Assembly (NCBI GenBank): GCA_040285855.1
Contig: JAUFOQ010000001.1
Coordinates: 1,240,001 to 1,304,000, forward strand
DNA: 64,000 bases
Reading direction: 5' to 3'
DNA from: Eukaryota sp. GEM-RC1
Taxonomy: Eukaryota
Part shown: piece after piece, positions 50,284-62,555 of the stretch
How the letters are laid out: each line of letters starts with the position of its first letter
Numbering within the stretch: position 1 is the first letter of the stretch
Position numbers and translations under genes: made by a program
Notes under the pieces: generated by a model
Database searches by the model: none
The model's input: only the letters and a program-made list of their open reading frames with translations
What the model was told of the DNA's origin: nothing

Positions 50284-52554
50284 ATGTCTCGATCTCGTAA
50301 GTGTGATGTCTCTTCACTTTATAAACATGCCGAAGAACTCTACAACCAGTTTGTAGAAGAACATGCCCAAAACCAGAAAAAATCCGTGCTCTCGGACCTT
50401 TCTACTGCTGGTACTCTTGAAGATAGAATCTCTAGTCTGTCCCTTCAGATCTCAGCATCTCCAGTCCACAATCTCACATCAATTCTCGCACTTCATGACA
50501 TCCTTAACAATGCCAGAAAATCAGTCCGTACCTCAGTCATATCTGCTCTAGTCGACCTCTACACAAACACCCTAATCCCCCCGAACTCGACCCTCACCTC
50601 TTTCTCAGAAAGACCTCTCTCTCCTTCTACTCCCGAATCAGATCTCATCCAATGGTACTTTGAAGACAAGGTCAAGTTCTCCTTCTCCAACTTCCTCTCC
50701 TCCCTACGCGCCTTCTCTCTTGACACAATCTACTACCATCGCCAGATCCTCATCACTGCTTCCTTCAACCTAATCAAGGGAACTCTAGAACAACAAGGGG
50801 AAGTTCTGTCAGTAATGGCTAGTAGATTAACTGATCCTGACAAGAGACTTGCCTCTCAAGCTGCAGACAAGATGCTTAAGCTAGTCATGGTTCCATCCAA
50901 TCCTAAACCTAAGAAATTAGAAAGGATTGCAGAGTTAAAGCATAACTTAGTTAATGCTGTTGTTGAAGTACTTACGATTCAAAAGGGAAAGTCCACGAGT
51001 TATCACGGTCGACTGTTTGGACTTCACTTTCTTGCCTCTTTGGTTCTTGATGAGGAACGTGATCTCAAGCTCTGTCGTAGGTTAATGACTGTCTATGGAA
51101 AGATGTTGAACGTTATTCTGGAAGCTATTCAGAAGGACGTTGATGAAGCTGCGAAGCCTGTAGTGGCAAAGAAAAGATCAAAGAGAAGAAAGAAGGGTAA
51201 GAAGGCAAGTAAGGAGGATGACAGTCAATCAAATGTGATTGGAGTTGATCCGGGGTCAAGAACTAGATTGTTGATGTTGATTTTGAAAGGTCTTTCTACT
51301 TGTATTCAGGTATTTGGACAATCTATTGATTTTTTTGATTCATTAAAGGATCATTTTGATCCATTATTTAGACTTTTGCACTTTGCTCCATTGTCTACAG
51401 TTTCAAAAATTCTAGAAATTTTAAAATCTGCACTTCCTCATGCAATCGACTCGTCATCATCAATGAATATTGACCGTTTCTATCGATCTCTGTACAATTC
51501 TCTAATGCATGAAGATATTAACAAAGATTCTGCTAGACTAGGTCCCTATTTTGACCTAATCTATCAAACAATACGTGATGATCCCCATCCAATCAGACCA
51601 CTTTCCTTCTGTCATCGACTGTTATCACTAGCAATCAACAATTGGACATGTTTAGCTGTTGGAATTCTGTTAATTATTTCTGAGGTAGGAAAAGGAAAAC
51701 CAGAAGTTCTGCATTTACTTGATGAATCCGAATCAGATATTCTATCAGTGTTACGTGATCGTCTTGATGACGATATCAAATCAATCAAAAAAGATGATTG
51801 TCTGTCGTATGATTGCAATGCACGTGATCCGAGATCTTGTGGATGGGGAGCTCTTTGGGGATTTGATCTTTTGCGTTCACATTTCCATCCAACTGTAGTA
51901 ATGTACTCTAAAAATTTAAGTAGCAAAAATTCCCGCAAATTTTTAAATTATGATGGAGACCCATTTGCTGATTTCTCTGTCAACTCTTTCCTCGACAAAT
52001 TCAGTGTCAGAAATCCAAAACAAATCACGTCATCATTCCAATCATCTCATAAGATTGATTTAGTACTCGGTGATGCTGGTAAAGTCCTTCGAACTTACTT
52101 TGCTGATCAACTAGCTAAACATCCTCAAAGTCAAGGAGAAGTAGACCTAGAAAAGGTAGCTTTTGACGACCATGAGGATCCTGACGATGGCTTTGATTCA
52201 GAGGTAGAAGCACAGTTGTTGAAGGCTGTGGAGCAAGAAGAAGCCAAGATACAGTCTGGGGTAAGTAAAGTGTTTGATTACTCTGATATGGATGAGAGCG
52301 AACTTGAGGAAGATATGCTTGATGAAACTGGTGCTGTGATGGGATTTAGTGACGTGGAAGAAGATGATTTGATTGATTTTTCAAAAATGGCAGGTGATGA
52401 AGTGAATGTCAGTCAGGTTTCCGCCTTTGCTGATGCTGATGATTATGAGCAGTATATCAATAGCGATGAAGAAGAGAAAGTGGTAGTAGAGAAGGAAAGT
52501 ACCAGGAAAAGAAAGAAGGGAAGACGGGGATCTTCGAAAAAAGGAAGGAAGTAG
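50284..52554 (+). CDS. MAK21: CEBPZ/Mak21/Noc1-family ribosome biogenesis protein
   Basis: GTLEDRISSL..SPVHNL, WYFED, DRFYRSLY, YDCNARDP, HFHPTV, YDGDPFADFS..FLDKFS.RNPK, FADADDYE, acidic then basic C-terminus. Confidence 0.9.
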   Translation: MSRSRKCDVSSLYKHAEELYNQFVEEHAQNQKKSVLSDLSTAGTLEDRISSLSLQISASPVHNLTSILALHDILNNARKSVRTSVISALVDLYTNTLIPPNSTLTSFSERPLSPSTPESDLIQWYFEDKVKFSFSNFLSSLRAFSLDTIYYHRQILITASFNLIKGTLEQQGEVLSVMASRLTDPDKRLASQAADKMLKLVMVPSNPKPKKLERIAELKHNLVNAVVEVLTIQKGKSTSYHGRLFGLHFLASLVLDEERDLKLCRRLMTVYGKMLNVILEAIQKDVDEAAKPVVAKKRSKRRKKGKKASKEDDSQSNVIGVDPGSRTRLLMLILKGLSTCIQVFGQSIDFFDSLKDHFDPLFRLLHFAPLSTVSKILEILKSALPHAIDSSSSMNIDRFYRSLYNSLMHEDINKDSARLGPYFDLIYQTIRDDPHPIRPLSFCHRLLSLAINNWTCLAVGILLIISEVGKGKPEVLHLLDESESDILSVLRDRLDDDIKSIKKDDCLSYDCNARDPRSCGWGALWGFDLLRSHFHPTVVMYSKNLSSKNSRKFLNYDGDPFADFSVNSFLDKFSVRNPKQITSSFQSSHKIDLVLGDAGKVLRTYFADQLAKHPQSQGEVDLEKVAFDDHEDPDDGFDSEVEAQLLKAVEQEEAKIQSGVSKVFDYSDMDESELEEDMLDETGAVMGFSDVEEDDLIDFSKMAGDEVNVSQVSAFADADDYEQYINSDEEEKVVVEKESTRKRKKGRRGSSKKGRK

Positions 52555-53446
52555 TTTAGTTTTTTAGTTTTTCTTATTGAAATTTATTTAATATTCTTGA
52601 TTTTTTTGATTGATACAGATTCATTTGTCTTTTTGTATTGTCTTTTCATTTGTTAAATCAGTTCTTGTTGTGGACAGTTTGGTTCTAGTTCCAACCTGAG
52701 TTTTCCGAATGAATTGAGTTGTAGAGGCACTGATGCTGTCTCTAGAATCACAATCGTATCACGTGATGGTAATCATTACATATCTTCAAACAGTTCTACA
52801 CTCATTTGTGATGACTTTACCTTAACTTCATACAGAATTAAATACAGATGATACTTACAGTATGAGTTCAGTGTTTGAATTGTAAATTTTGTAAATTTTA
52901 TCTACAATTACTGACATTTATTGAATGACACTTTCAAAGTATTTACTATGTTTGCTGAGAGTTCATGTGCATGTTACACAGTTCTCTGAGGAATGATAAG
53001 AAACGTACTATTTTAGCGTTGTTTTTTATAATAAATTGTATTGTCCAGAAGCAAATTGATAATCATCTGGGTCTATATTTGAAACTATTTGCAGTGTTGT
53101 TAAGGTGGAACTACAAATCTCTAATAAGAACATTTATTTCAAATAGTAAAATTATAATGTTGTAACATAATTCCCATTGTTTACAAGCAACTCTTTTGAA
53201 ACTCAAATCGAGACTCGCACAAGAGTTCAAGAACTTCATTAAGCAAAACTTTCATTTTTAATTTCCATGTCGGTTGTAAGTGTTCTTAAATCTGTTTTAC
53301 TTAAATGAACATGATGATTTCAGCTACACAAAGTTGAACTGTCTCTACATGTAGACTTATACTCGAATTAGCTTCAGAATTCATAAATTAATTTGACTAA
53401 CCGCTTTAAACGAGGAGACTTACCCACAATGACAATGTTATCAACT

Positions 53447-54943
53447 TTATTCAACGATTTCCAGTTCATGATCACTATAATATAATGAAGTAAATGGATA
53501 ATGATTACCACTACTTAATCTGGGAAGAGTTCCAGTAAGATTAATTGAAGAATTACTCACGGATTTGATTGTTAAAGTGTTGTTGATTAGATTTACATTG
53601 ATTTCGAGTATTTCACCACGGTTCCACTGAGTAGTACTTCCCGAGAGACAACCACGAACTTCATCATGATTGAAAGTACCGTGAGCATTCTGATAACAAC
53701 CACGATCAACACTAAACTTTGACTGGTCAATAACTCCAACAAAAAGCATAGTAGTAGTCCCCTGGTTCCTCAACTTCCATGTATAATCATTACCTGGAAG
53801 AAGTGGATCTTCTCCCAAGATATTTCTCCAATTACCATCACTAGTTCCAAAAACAACTCTCGTTCTATCCCCACTAACTTGTAACTCAGAATGTTTCCTA
53901 GTTTGAGAGAATCTAATCACTTTTGATTGAGGAACTGATTGAGACACTTGTTGAGTTTCTACAACTGTCTTTTTTAGTTGTTCAATTTCATGTTGTAGTT
54001 TGGTAATTTCGTTAAGTGAGTTAGAATTTGTGGTATTTAAATTCTGAATTTCAGTATTTGAAGTAGAAAGTCGTATTGATAAACCACAAATTTCTGTCTT
54101 TAAGACTTGAACTTCCCTTGTTAAATCAGTCGTAAGAGAGTTTAATTCAGAATTTTCTTCCTTCAAATCAGAAACTTCCTTCACCAACGAGTCAAAATAA
54201 AGAGTCTTAACTCTTGTAAACAAAAACTTCATCAAATCGGCTTCCAATTCTTCAACGTCTTTTAAAGGAACAAACAGAAATTCATCCCATTGTTGAAAGG
54301 AAAAGGCTTCAATTGAACAAGAATTTAAGACGTTTAAAAATTCATTCAAATCGAAACTTTGATTCAAAATTGATTCCACCATTGATTTAATGAACCACGA
54401 CTGTGATTGAGTGGAAGTGCAGTATTTTGAAAGTGTTTTTAACCCTTCAGTAGTGATTGCCATCACGTCATCAATCAAAAGATCATCAATCTTGGAGAAG
54501 AAAGGGCCAACGAAATCCAAAGCTCTCAAGTCATTTCTTTCATTTGCTTCTTTAATGAATGGTTTTAACCAAGCCCAGGTCATGAGATGAGTGTTTAGGT
54601 GGTTTTCCACGTGGTCAATGAGTTTGTCCACTTGGAAGTAGTGGACGAGGTAAAAGAAGTTGTAGGCGTTGCTCTCGTTGAGAGTGAAAGATCGTTCATA
54701 GAAGGACTTGATGAAAGCGAAGAAGTTGTCGGAATCGACAGGAAGATGTGAGAAGTCAATGGGGTTTTCAAGCTTGTCACCAAACTCCAAGAACCAGAGG
54801 GATCGGAAGTACGTGGAATGAGCTGCTAGTACGAACTTATTAACTTCAATAGATTCTTCCCCAAATGAAATGGTTTGGTTAGAAAGGAAGGGTTCATCAA
54901 GAATGATGGAAAGTGTTTCAATTGAGGGTAGAGAGAATGACAT
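53447..54943 (-). CDS. BTB-coiled coil-SPRY protein (paralog B)
   Basis: Intact ORF from ATG 54943 (MSFSLPS); VNKFVLAAHSTYFRSL BTB, heptad region, SPRY-like C-terminus. Confidence 0.88.
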   Translation of the reverse strand: MSFSLPSIETLSIILDEPFLSNQTISFGEESIEVNKFVLAAHSTYFRSLWFLEFGDKLENPIDFSHLPVDSDNFFAFIKSFYERSFTLNESNAYNFFYLVHYFQVDKLIDHVENHLNTHLMTWAWLKPFIKEANERNDLRALDFVGPFFSKIDDLLIDDVMAITTEGLKTLSKYCTSTQSQSWFIKSMVESILNQSFDLNEFLNVLNSCSIEAFSFQQWDEFLFVPLKDVEELEADLMKFLFTRVKTLYFDSLVKEVSDLKEENSELNSLTTDLTREVQVLKTEICGLSIRLSTSNTEIQNLNTTNSNSLNEITKLQHEIEQLKKTVVETQQVSQSVPQSKVIRFSQTRKHSELQVSGDRTRVVFGTSDGNWRNILGEDPLLPGNDYTWKLRNQGTTTMLFVGVIDQSKFSVDRGCYQNAHGTFNHDEVRGCLSGSTTQWNRGEILEINVNLINNTLTIKSVSNSSINLTGTLPRLSSGNHYPFTSLYYSDHELEIVE

Positions 54944-56645
54944 TAGAAGCAATAGAGAAGGAGATAAGTAAATGAGACCAAAACTGGAGACCAATGTTCT
55001 TGTGGCCTTTTAACAAAACTACATGTCTAATCCTGAACCTCATGAATGAACATGAAGAAATGTTTTTGGAACCACTTTTATATTTTAAAGCGAGATCCTA
55101 ACGAAGCAAAAGGCATAGACTAAAATCATGCCCAAAAAGAAAAGAAAACAATGAAGGATAGACTAGTTAGACGAAGGTATAGATCGAACTAAGTTTACAA
55201 AAGACGACGAAATGTCTTAGACAAAAGAATTACTACTACCGACATCCACTGAACAGTGTGATATATCTAAAGACGGAGTCAGTTCTTGGAAGATGTATGT
55301 GTATCCGAGAGAGTGGTGTGGATGAATTAAGGATGAATTGAAATTAATTGAAACATTTGAATGAAAGACACGAAATGGTTTCTGGACAATCAATTTTTTT
55401 GAAACAAAAATAAAGTTGGTAAGTATAATAAATTATTTTTTTCAATGAACTTCTCATACTTAAAAAATTTAAAATGATTAATGGGGAAAACCACTGTTTC
55501 TATCAGAAGCGTATTTTTGATCATCACTTTTGTTACATTTTTGGGGCTCCAGAAATTATATTTGTAACGTAGGAAAAGCTGTCTTTCCAATTGTTCTACT
55601 AAGATCAAGACGGTATTCTCAAATAAGTTATACAGTCAGGTTCCTATAATTTCAACCCTATTCGAACCTGGAAATTACCGGAACCTGGACATTTCAGGAT
55701 TTTTCTCACCTACTTTCGTTTGTTGTTCACTCTGTAGTTTCTGTGTAACGTAATAAAACACCAATTCTTTATTGTACAGCTTATTCCTGCACAGGGATCG
55801 CACTGATTTGATAAGTGTTGATTTCTTGTGGATCTCGTCGTATGCAAGGATGTCAGTGATTTCCTCCTCCGTGGACTTCATCAACGTAACGTGTAGAGCT
55901 GAGTTTTTCATGTTTGAGACCACGTTTATCATGATTTGCGGAAATGAGTAACCTACACTACTACCACAACAACGAAGAAGACGTTCGTGTTGTATAGTTA
56001 TGGTTTTTGGAATGTAAGTGAGTGGAAAATTCAACAAGTTGAAACGCAGGCAAACGGGAAACCGATGGTACTTACAGCATGAGTTCATTGTCTGGATTTT
56101 AAGTTTTGTTACTTTTAACTGCAACTATTTACAGAATGACACTTTCAAAGTGTTTGATATGTTTGTTGAGAGTTCATGTTGATGTTACACAAATGTTTGC
56201 AATATGATGAGTAACATATCATTTTAGCATTTATTATTATAATAAATTGCCCAGAAGTAGACCAAATTGATACTCATGTGAGTTTAAACTTGAACCAATA
56301 ATTGCAGTGTTGTCAAGGAACTACAAATCTCTGGTAACATCTGTAATATGAAAAAGTAAATAAAAATGTTGTAACATAATTTTGATTGTTTTCAAGCAAA
56401 TCTTTTGGAACTCAAATTGAGACTCAAACAAGAGTTCAAGAACGTCAAAAAGCAAAACTTCCACATTGAATTTCCTCGTCAGTTGTAAGAGTTTTTCTTA
56501 AATGTACATGATGATTTCAGCTACACAAAGGTTGAACAGTCTCTACATGTAGACTTCTACTCGAATTATGTTCACAGTTACATAACTTAATTTGAAACAT
56601 TGCTTTAAATGAGGAGATTTACCCACAATGACAATGTTATCAACT

Positions 56646-58169
56646 TTATTCAACGATTTCAAGCTCATGATTACTATAAAGTAATAAAGCAAATGGATAA
56701 TAATTACCACTACTTAATCTGGGAAGAGTTCCAGTAAGATTAATTGATGAATTACTGACGGATTTGATTGTTAAAGTGTAATTAATTAGATTTGCATTAA
56801 TTTCGAGTAATTCACCAGGATTCCCTTGAGTAGTTGTTCCTGAGAGACAACCACGAATGGTATTACCACTATTTGAACGACAGTGAGCATTATCGAAACA
56901 ATCACCATCAACCACAAACTTTGACTCGTCAATGACTCCAACAAAAAGACCATCAGTACCGCCCTGGTACCACAACTTCCAAGTATACTCATTACCAGGA
57001 AGAAGTGGATCTTCTCCCAAGATACTTCTAGACACCCAATCACCACCACTTCCAGCAACAACTCTCTTTCTATCCCCACTAACTTGTAACTCAGAATGTT
57101 TCTTAGTTTGAGAGAATCTAATCATTTTTGATTGAGGAACTGATTGAGACACCAGTTGAGTTTCTACAACTGTCTTTTTTAGTTGTTCAATTTCTTGTTG
57201 CAATTGAATGTTATCAGCCACAATTTTAGAGTTTTCGGCTTTACAAATCTGATTATCATTAGTTAAACTAGAGATTTGCCCGGATAACTGAGAATTGTTA
57301 GTTTTCAAATGGGAGTTTTCCGTTACTAAATCAGAATTGTCGATTTCTACATCGGTAATTTTGGTCGTTAATTCAGATATTTCTTCCTTCAAATCAGAAA
57401 CTTCCTTTACCAACGAATCAAAATAAAGATTCTTAACTCTTGTAAACAAAAACTTCATCAAATCGGCTTCCAATTTTTCTACATCTTTTAAAGGAACAAA
57501 CAAAAACTCATCCCATTGTTGAAAAGAAAAGGCTTCAATTGAACAACAGTTAAGAATGTTTAAAAATTGATTCAAATCGAAATTTGGATTCAAAATCGAT
57601 TCCACCATTGATTTGATGAACCACGATTGCGATTGAGTGGAAGTACAATATTTGACAAGAGTTTTAAACCCTTCAGTAGTGATTGCCAACACATCATCAA
57701 TCAACAGGTCATCAATCTTAGAAAAGAAAGGACCAACGAATTCCAGGGCTCTCAAGTCATTTCTTTCATCTGCTTCTTTAATGAATGGCTTTAACCAAGC
57801 CCATGTTACGAGATGAGTGTTTAGATGGTTTTCCACATGGTGAAGGAGTTTGTCCACTTGGAAGTAATTGACGAGGTAAAAGAAGTCGTAGGCGTTGCTC
57901 TCGTTGAGTCTGAATGATTTTCCAAAGAAAGACTTGAGGAAAGCCAAGAAGTTGTCAGAATCGACGGGAAGATGGGAGAAGTCAATGGGGTTCTCAAGCT
58001 TGTCCCCAAACTCCAAGAACCAGAGGGATCGGAAGTACGTTGAGTGAGCAGCGAGTACAGATTTGTTTACCTCCATAGATTCCTCGCCGAATGAAATGGT
58101 TTGGTTACACAGGGAGGCTTCATCAAGGATAATTGCAAGAGTTTCTACTGGGGGAAGAGAGAATGACAT
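56646..58169 (-). CDS. BTB-coiled coil-SPRY protein (paralog C)
   Basis: Intact ORF with the same architecture as 53447..54943. Confidence 0.88.
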   Translation of the reverse strand: MSFSLPPVETLAIILDEASLCNQTISFGEESMEVNKSVLAAHSTYFRSLWFLEFGDKLENPIDFSHLPVDSDNFLAFLKSFFGKSFRLNESNAYDFFYLVNYFQVDKLLHHVENHLNTHLVTWAWLKPFIKEADERNDLRALEFVGPFFSKIDDLLIDDVLAITTEGFKTLVKYCTSTQSQSWFIKSMVESILNPNFDLNQFLNILNCCSIEAFSFQQWDEFLFVPLKDVEKLEADLMKFLFTRVKNLYFDSLVKEVSDLKEEISELTTKITDVEIDNSDLVTENSHLKTNNSQLSGQISSLTNDNQICKAENSKIVADNIQLQQEIEQLKKTVVETQLVSQSVPQSKMIRFSQTKKHSELQVSGDRKRVVAGSGGDWVSRSILGEDPLLPGNEYTWKLWYQGGTDGLFVGVIDESKFVVDGDCFDNAHCRSNSGNTIRGCLSGTTTQGNPGELLEINANLINYTLTIKSVSNSSINLTGTLPRLSSGNYYPFALLLYSNHELEIVE

Positions 58170-59870
58170 TAGAAGCAATAGAAAAGGAGATAAGTAAATG
58201 AGACCAAAATGGGAGACCAATGTTCTTGTGGCCTTTTAACAAAACTACATGTCTAATCATGAACCTCATGAATGAACATGAAGAAATGTTTTTGGAACCA
58301 CTTTTATATTTTAAAGCGAGATCCTAACGAAGCAAAAGGCATAGACTAAAATCATGCCCAAAAAGAAAAGAAAACAATGAAGGATAGACTAGTTAGACGA
58401 AGGTATAGATCGAACTAAGTTTACAAAAGACGACGAAATGTCTTAGACAAAAGAATTACTACTACCGACATCCACTGAACAGTGTGATATATCTAAAGAC
58501 GGAGTCAGTTCTTGGAAGATGTATGTGTATCCGAGAGAGTGGTGTGGATGAATTAAGGATGAATTGAAATTAATTGAAACATTTGAATGAAAGACACGAA
58601 ATGGTTTCTGGACAATCAATTTTTTTGAAACAAAAATAAAGTTGGTAAGTATAATAAATTATTTTTTCAATGAACTTCTCATACTTAAAAAATTTAAAAT
58701 GATTAATGGGGAAAACCACTGTTTCTATCAGAAGCGTATTTTTGATCATCACTTTTGTTACATTTTTGGGGCTCCAGAAATTATATTTGTAACGTAGGAA
58801 AAGCTGTCTTTCCAATTGTTCTACTAAGATCAAGACGGTATTCTCAAATAAGTTATACAGTCAGGTTCCTATAATTTCAACCCTATTCGAACCTGGAAAT
58901 TACCGGAACCTGGACATTTCAGGATTTTTCTCACCTACTTTCGTTTGTTGTTCACTCTGTAGTTTCTGTGTAACGTAATAAAACACCAATTCTTTATTGT
59001 ACAGCTTATTCCTGCACAGGGATCGCACTGATTTGATAAGTGTTGATTTCTTGTGGATCTCGTCGTATGCAAGGATGTCAGTGATTTCCTCCTCCGTGGA
59101 CTTCATCAACGTAACGTGTAGAGCTGAGTTTTTCATGTTTGAGACCACGTTTATCATGATTTGCGGAAATGAGTAACCTACACTACTACCACAACAACGA
59201 AGAAGACGTTCGTGTTGTATAGTTATGGTTTTTGGAATGTAAGTGAGTGGAAAATTCAACAAGTTGAAACGCAGGCAAACGGGAAACCGATGGTACTTAC
59301 AGCATGAGTTCATTGTCTGGATTTTAAGTTTTGTTACTTTTAATTGCAACTATTTACAGAATGACACTTTCAAAGTGTTTGATATGTTTGTTGAGAGTTC
59401 ATGTTGATGTTACACAAATGTTTGCAATATGATGAGTAACATATCATTTTAGCATTTATTATTATAATAAATTGCCCAGAAGTAGACCAAATTGATACTC
59501 ATGTGAGTTTAAACTTGAACCAATAATTGCAGTGTTGTCAAGGAACTACAAATCTCTGGTAACATCTGTAATATGAAAAAGTAAATAAAAATGTTGTAAC
59601 ATAATTTTGATTGTTTTCAAGCAAATCTTTTGGAACTCAAATTGAGACTCAAACAAGAGTTCAAGAACGTCAAAAAGCAAAACTTCCACATTGAATTTCC
59701 TCGTCAGTTGTAAGAGTTTTTCTTAAATGTACATGATGATTTCAGCTACACAAAGGTTGAACAGTCTCTACATGTAGACTTCTACTCGAATTATGTTCAC
59801 AGTTACATAACTTAATTTGAAACATTGCTTTAAATGAGGAGATTTACCCACAATGACAATGTTATCAACT

Positions 59871-61394
59871 TTATTCAACGATTTCAAGCTCATGATTACT
59901 ATAAAGTAATAAAGCAAATGGATAATAATTACCACTACTTAATCTGGGAAGAGTTCCAGTAAGATTAATTGATGAATTACTGACGGATTTGATTGTTAAA
60001 GTGTAATTAATTAGATTTGCATTAATTTCGAGTAATTCACCAGGATTCCCTTGAGTAGTTGTTCCTGAGAGACAACCACGAATGGTATTACCACTATTTG
60101 AACGACAGTGAGCATTATCGAAACAATCACCATCAACCACAAACTTTGACTCGTCAATGACTCCAACAAAAAGACCATCAGTACCGCCCTGGTACCACAA
60201 CTTCCAAGTATACTCATTACCAGGAAGAAGTGGATCTTCTCCCAAGATACTTCTAGACACCCAATCACCACCACTTCCAGCAACAACTCTCTTTCTATCC
60301 CCACTAACTTGTAACTCAGAATGTTTCTTAGTTTGAGAGAATCTAATCATTTTTGATTGAGGAACTGATTGAGACACCAGTTGAGTTTCTACAACTGTCT
60401 TTTTTAGTTGTTCAATTTCTTGTTGCAATTGAATGTTATCAGCCACAATTTTAGAGTTTTCGGCTTTACAAATCTGATTATCATTAGTTAAACTAGAGAT
60501 TTGCCCGGATAACTGAGAATTGTTAGTTTTCAAATGGGAGTTTTCCGTTACTAAATCAGAATTGTCGATTTCTACATCGGTAATTTTGGTCGTTAATTCA
60601 GATATTTCTTCCTTCAAATCAGAAACTTCCTTTACCAACGAATCAAAATAAAGATTCTTAACTCTTGTAAACAAAAACTTCATCAAATCGGCTTCCAATT
60701 TTTCTACATCTTTTAAAGGAACAAACAAAAACTCATCCCATTGTTGAAAAGAAAAGGCTTCAATTGAACAACAGTTAAGAATGTTTAAAAATTGATTCAA
60801 ATCGAAATTTGGATTCAAAATCGATTCCACCATTGATTTGATGAACCACGATTGCGATTGAGTGGAAGTACAATATTTGACAAGAGTTTTAAACCCTTCA
60901 GTAGTGATTGCCAACACATCATCAATCAACAGGTCATCAATCTTAGAAAAGAAAGGACCAACGAATTCCAGGGCTCTCAAGTCATTTCTTTCATCTGCTT
61001 CTTTAATGAATGGCTTTAACCAAGCCCATGTTACGAGATGAGTGTTTAGATGGTTTTCCACATGGTGAAGGAGTTTGTCCACTTGGAAGTAATTGACGAG
61101 GTAAAAGAAGTCGTAGGCGTTGCTCTCGTTGAGTCTGAATGATTTTCCAAAGAAAGACTTGAGGAAAGCCAAGAAGTTGTCAGAATCGACGGGAAGATGG
61201 GAGAAGTCAATGGGGTTCTCAAGCTTGTCCCCAAACTCCAAGAACCAGAGGGATCGGAAGTACGTTGAGTGAGCAGCGAGTACAGATTTGTTTACCTCCA
61301 TAGATTCCTCGCCGAATGAAATGGTTTGGTTACACAGGGAGGCTTCATCAAGGATAATTGCAAGAGTTTCTACTGGGGGAAGAGAGAATGACAT
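59871..61394 (-). CDS. BTB-coiled coil-SPRY protein (paralog D, identical protein to C)
   Basis: Translation identical to 56646..58169. Confidence 0.88.
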   Translation of the reverse strand: MSFSLPPVETLAIILDEASLCNQTISFGEESMEVNKSVLAAHSTYFRSLWFLEFGDKLENPIDFSHLPVDSDNFLAFLKSFFGKSFRLNESNAYDFFYLVNYFQVDKLLHHVENHLNTHLVTWAWLKPFIKEADERNDLRALEFVGPFFSKIDDLLIDDVLAITTEGFKTLVKYCTSTQSQSWFIKSMVESILNPNFDLNQFLNILNCCSIEAFSFQQWDEFLFVPLKDVEKLEADLMKFLFTRVKNLYFDSLVKEVSDLKEEISELTTKITDVEIDNSDLVTENSHLKTNNSQLSGQISSLTNDNQICKAENSKIVADNIQLQQEIEQLKKTVVETQLVSQSVPQSKMIRFSQTKKHSELQVSGDRKRVVAGSGGDWVSRSILGEDPLLPGNEYTWKLWYQGGTDGLFVGVIDESKFVVDGDCFDNAHCRSNSGNTIRGCLSGTTTQGNPGELLEINANLINYTLTIKSVSNSSINLTGTLPRLSSGNYYPFALLLYSNHELEIVE

Positions 61395-62159
61395 TAGAAG
61401 CAATAGAAAAGGAGATAAGTAAATGAGACCAAAATGGGAGACCAATGTTCTTGTGGCCTTTTAACAAAACTACATGTCTAATCATGAACCTCCACTGAAG
61501 TGTAGTCATTCATTTGATGATAATGTAACACTTACTAGCAGTTAAGTGTTCAATGTTTGCTCCTTTTCTAGTATCTACGCCCCGCAATCTAACTCTGATA
61601 CACTGTCTGCTTCGTTCTCATTACTTACTTCTTCCTCCAAGTACTTACGTCAGTCTTTGTTAGTCCTGATTAATCTTCACTTGCTTGAATTTTAAAGTCC
61701 TCTCAACGTCAATCATGGAGACTGTCGTCTTGCTTTCCGTCATTTGAAGTAAGAATTGTCTTCGTTTTTCAAATAGTTGGCTATGTGAGCCATCGTTTCT
61801 TTGAATCTCCTTGTCGATCGGTGGACGTGTTTTTTCAATCAGACACGTTTTATGTGGGTTATAAAACTTTCCTCAACTCCTTTCATTTGCTCATCTCTTT
61901 GAAGCAGATGTACAGTCTGTTTTCTAGCACATGATTGGCAAATATAGGGTTGACTAATTTATGTAATTTTTGACATTATGAGAAGTTTTGAGTTCTTGAA
62001 CAAATCTTTTAGTTTTTTTGCCAAATCTATTTGCTATTAGGAACGTTTTCATTTTTTTTGTTGTAGTTTTGATAGCTGACCATAATAATGAGAGAAATTT
62101 TCATTATTTACCACGAAGTTTCCCGAAAATACATAGATAAATTTCAAAACGGATGTCAG

Positions 62160-62555
62160 TAAGAACCAATGAAAAATACAAATAAATAACAAACATAATC
62201 AAAAAATCAAGATTACGACTACTAACAAAAGCGGTTTTTATAAAACAAGTGAATCAATTAACTAACATTGAATACTAAAACAAATTGAAACCATACGTGA
62301 ATTTTTTCACTATCAACTCTCACAACAATATGACCATAAGAACCAGTGAAAAGTGAAAAATTGAAAAACTAAACATAATCAATGAATGAAGATTACGACT
62401 ACTAACAAATCCAAAAGGCATTTTAAAAGTTAAAATAGTCATACGTGCATGAATCATCAAGAACATAAAAAAGCGGCTTTTATACAACAAATGGATCAAA
62501 TAACTCATTGGGAATGCAAATACAAATTAAAACCATACATGAGCTCTTTTACTTT
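62160..62555. repeat. Degenerate direct duplication (~170-210 bp units)
   Basis: AAGAACCA.TGAAAA...AAACATAATCAA...AGATTACGACTACTAACAAA...AAGCGG.TTTTATA...AAACCATAC.TGA occurs twice. Confidence 0.7.

Larger units (their letters stand above)
55034..61492. repeat. Near-identical tandem duplication, unit about 3225 bp
   Basis: ~55034-58267 versus ~58260-61492. The genes at 56646 and 59871 encode identical proteins; I saw only a few 1-nt differences in the spacer. Confidence 0.93.

Noticed and set aside
55390..56124. 72-aa and 149-aa ORFs repeated in the tandem spacer
   Set aside because: Non-ATG starts and no recognisable motifs; conserved only because of the recent duplication.
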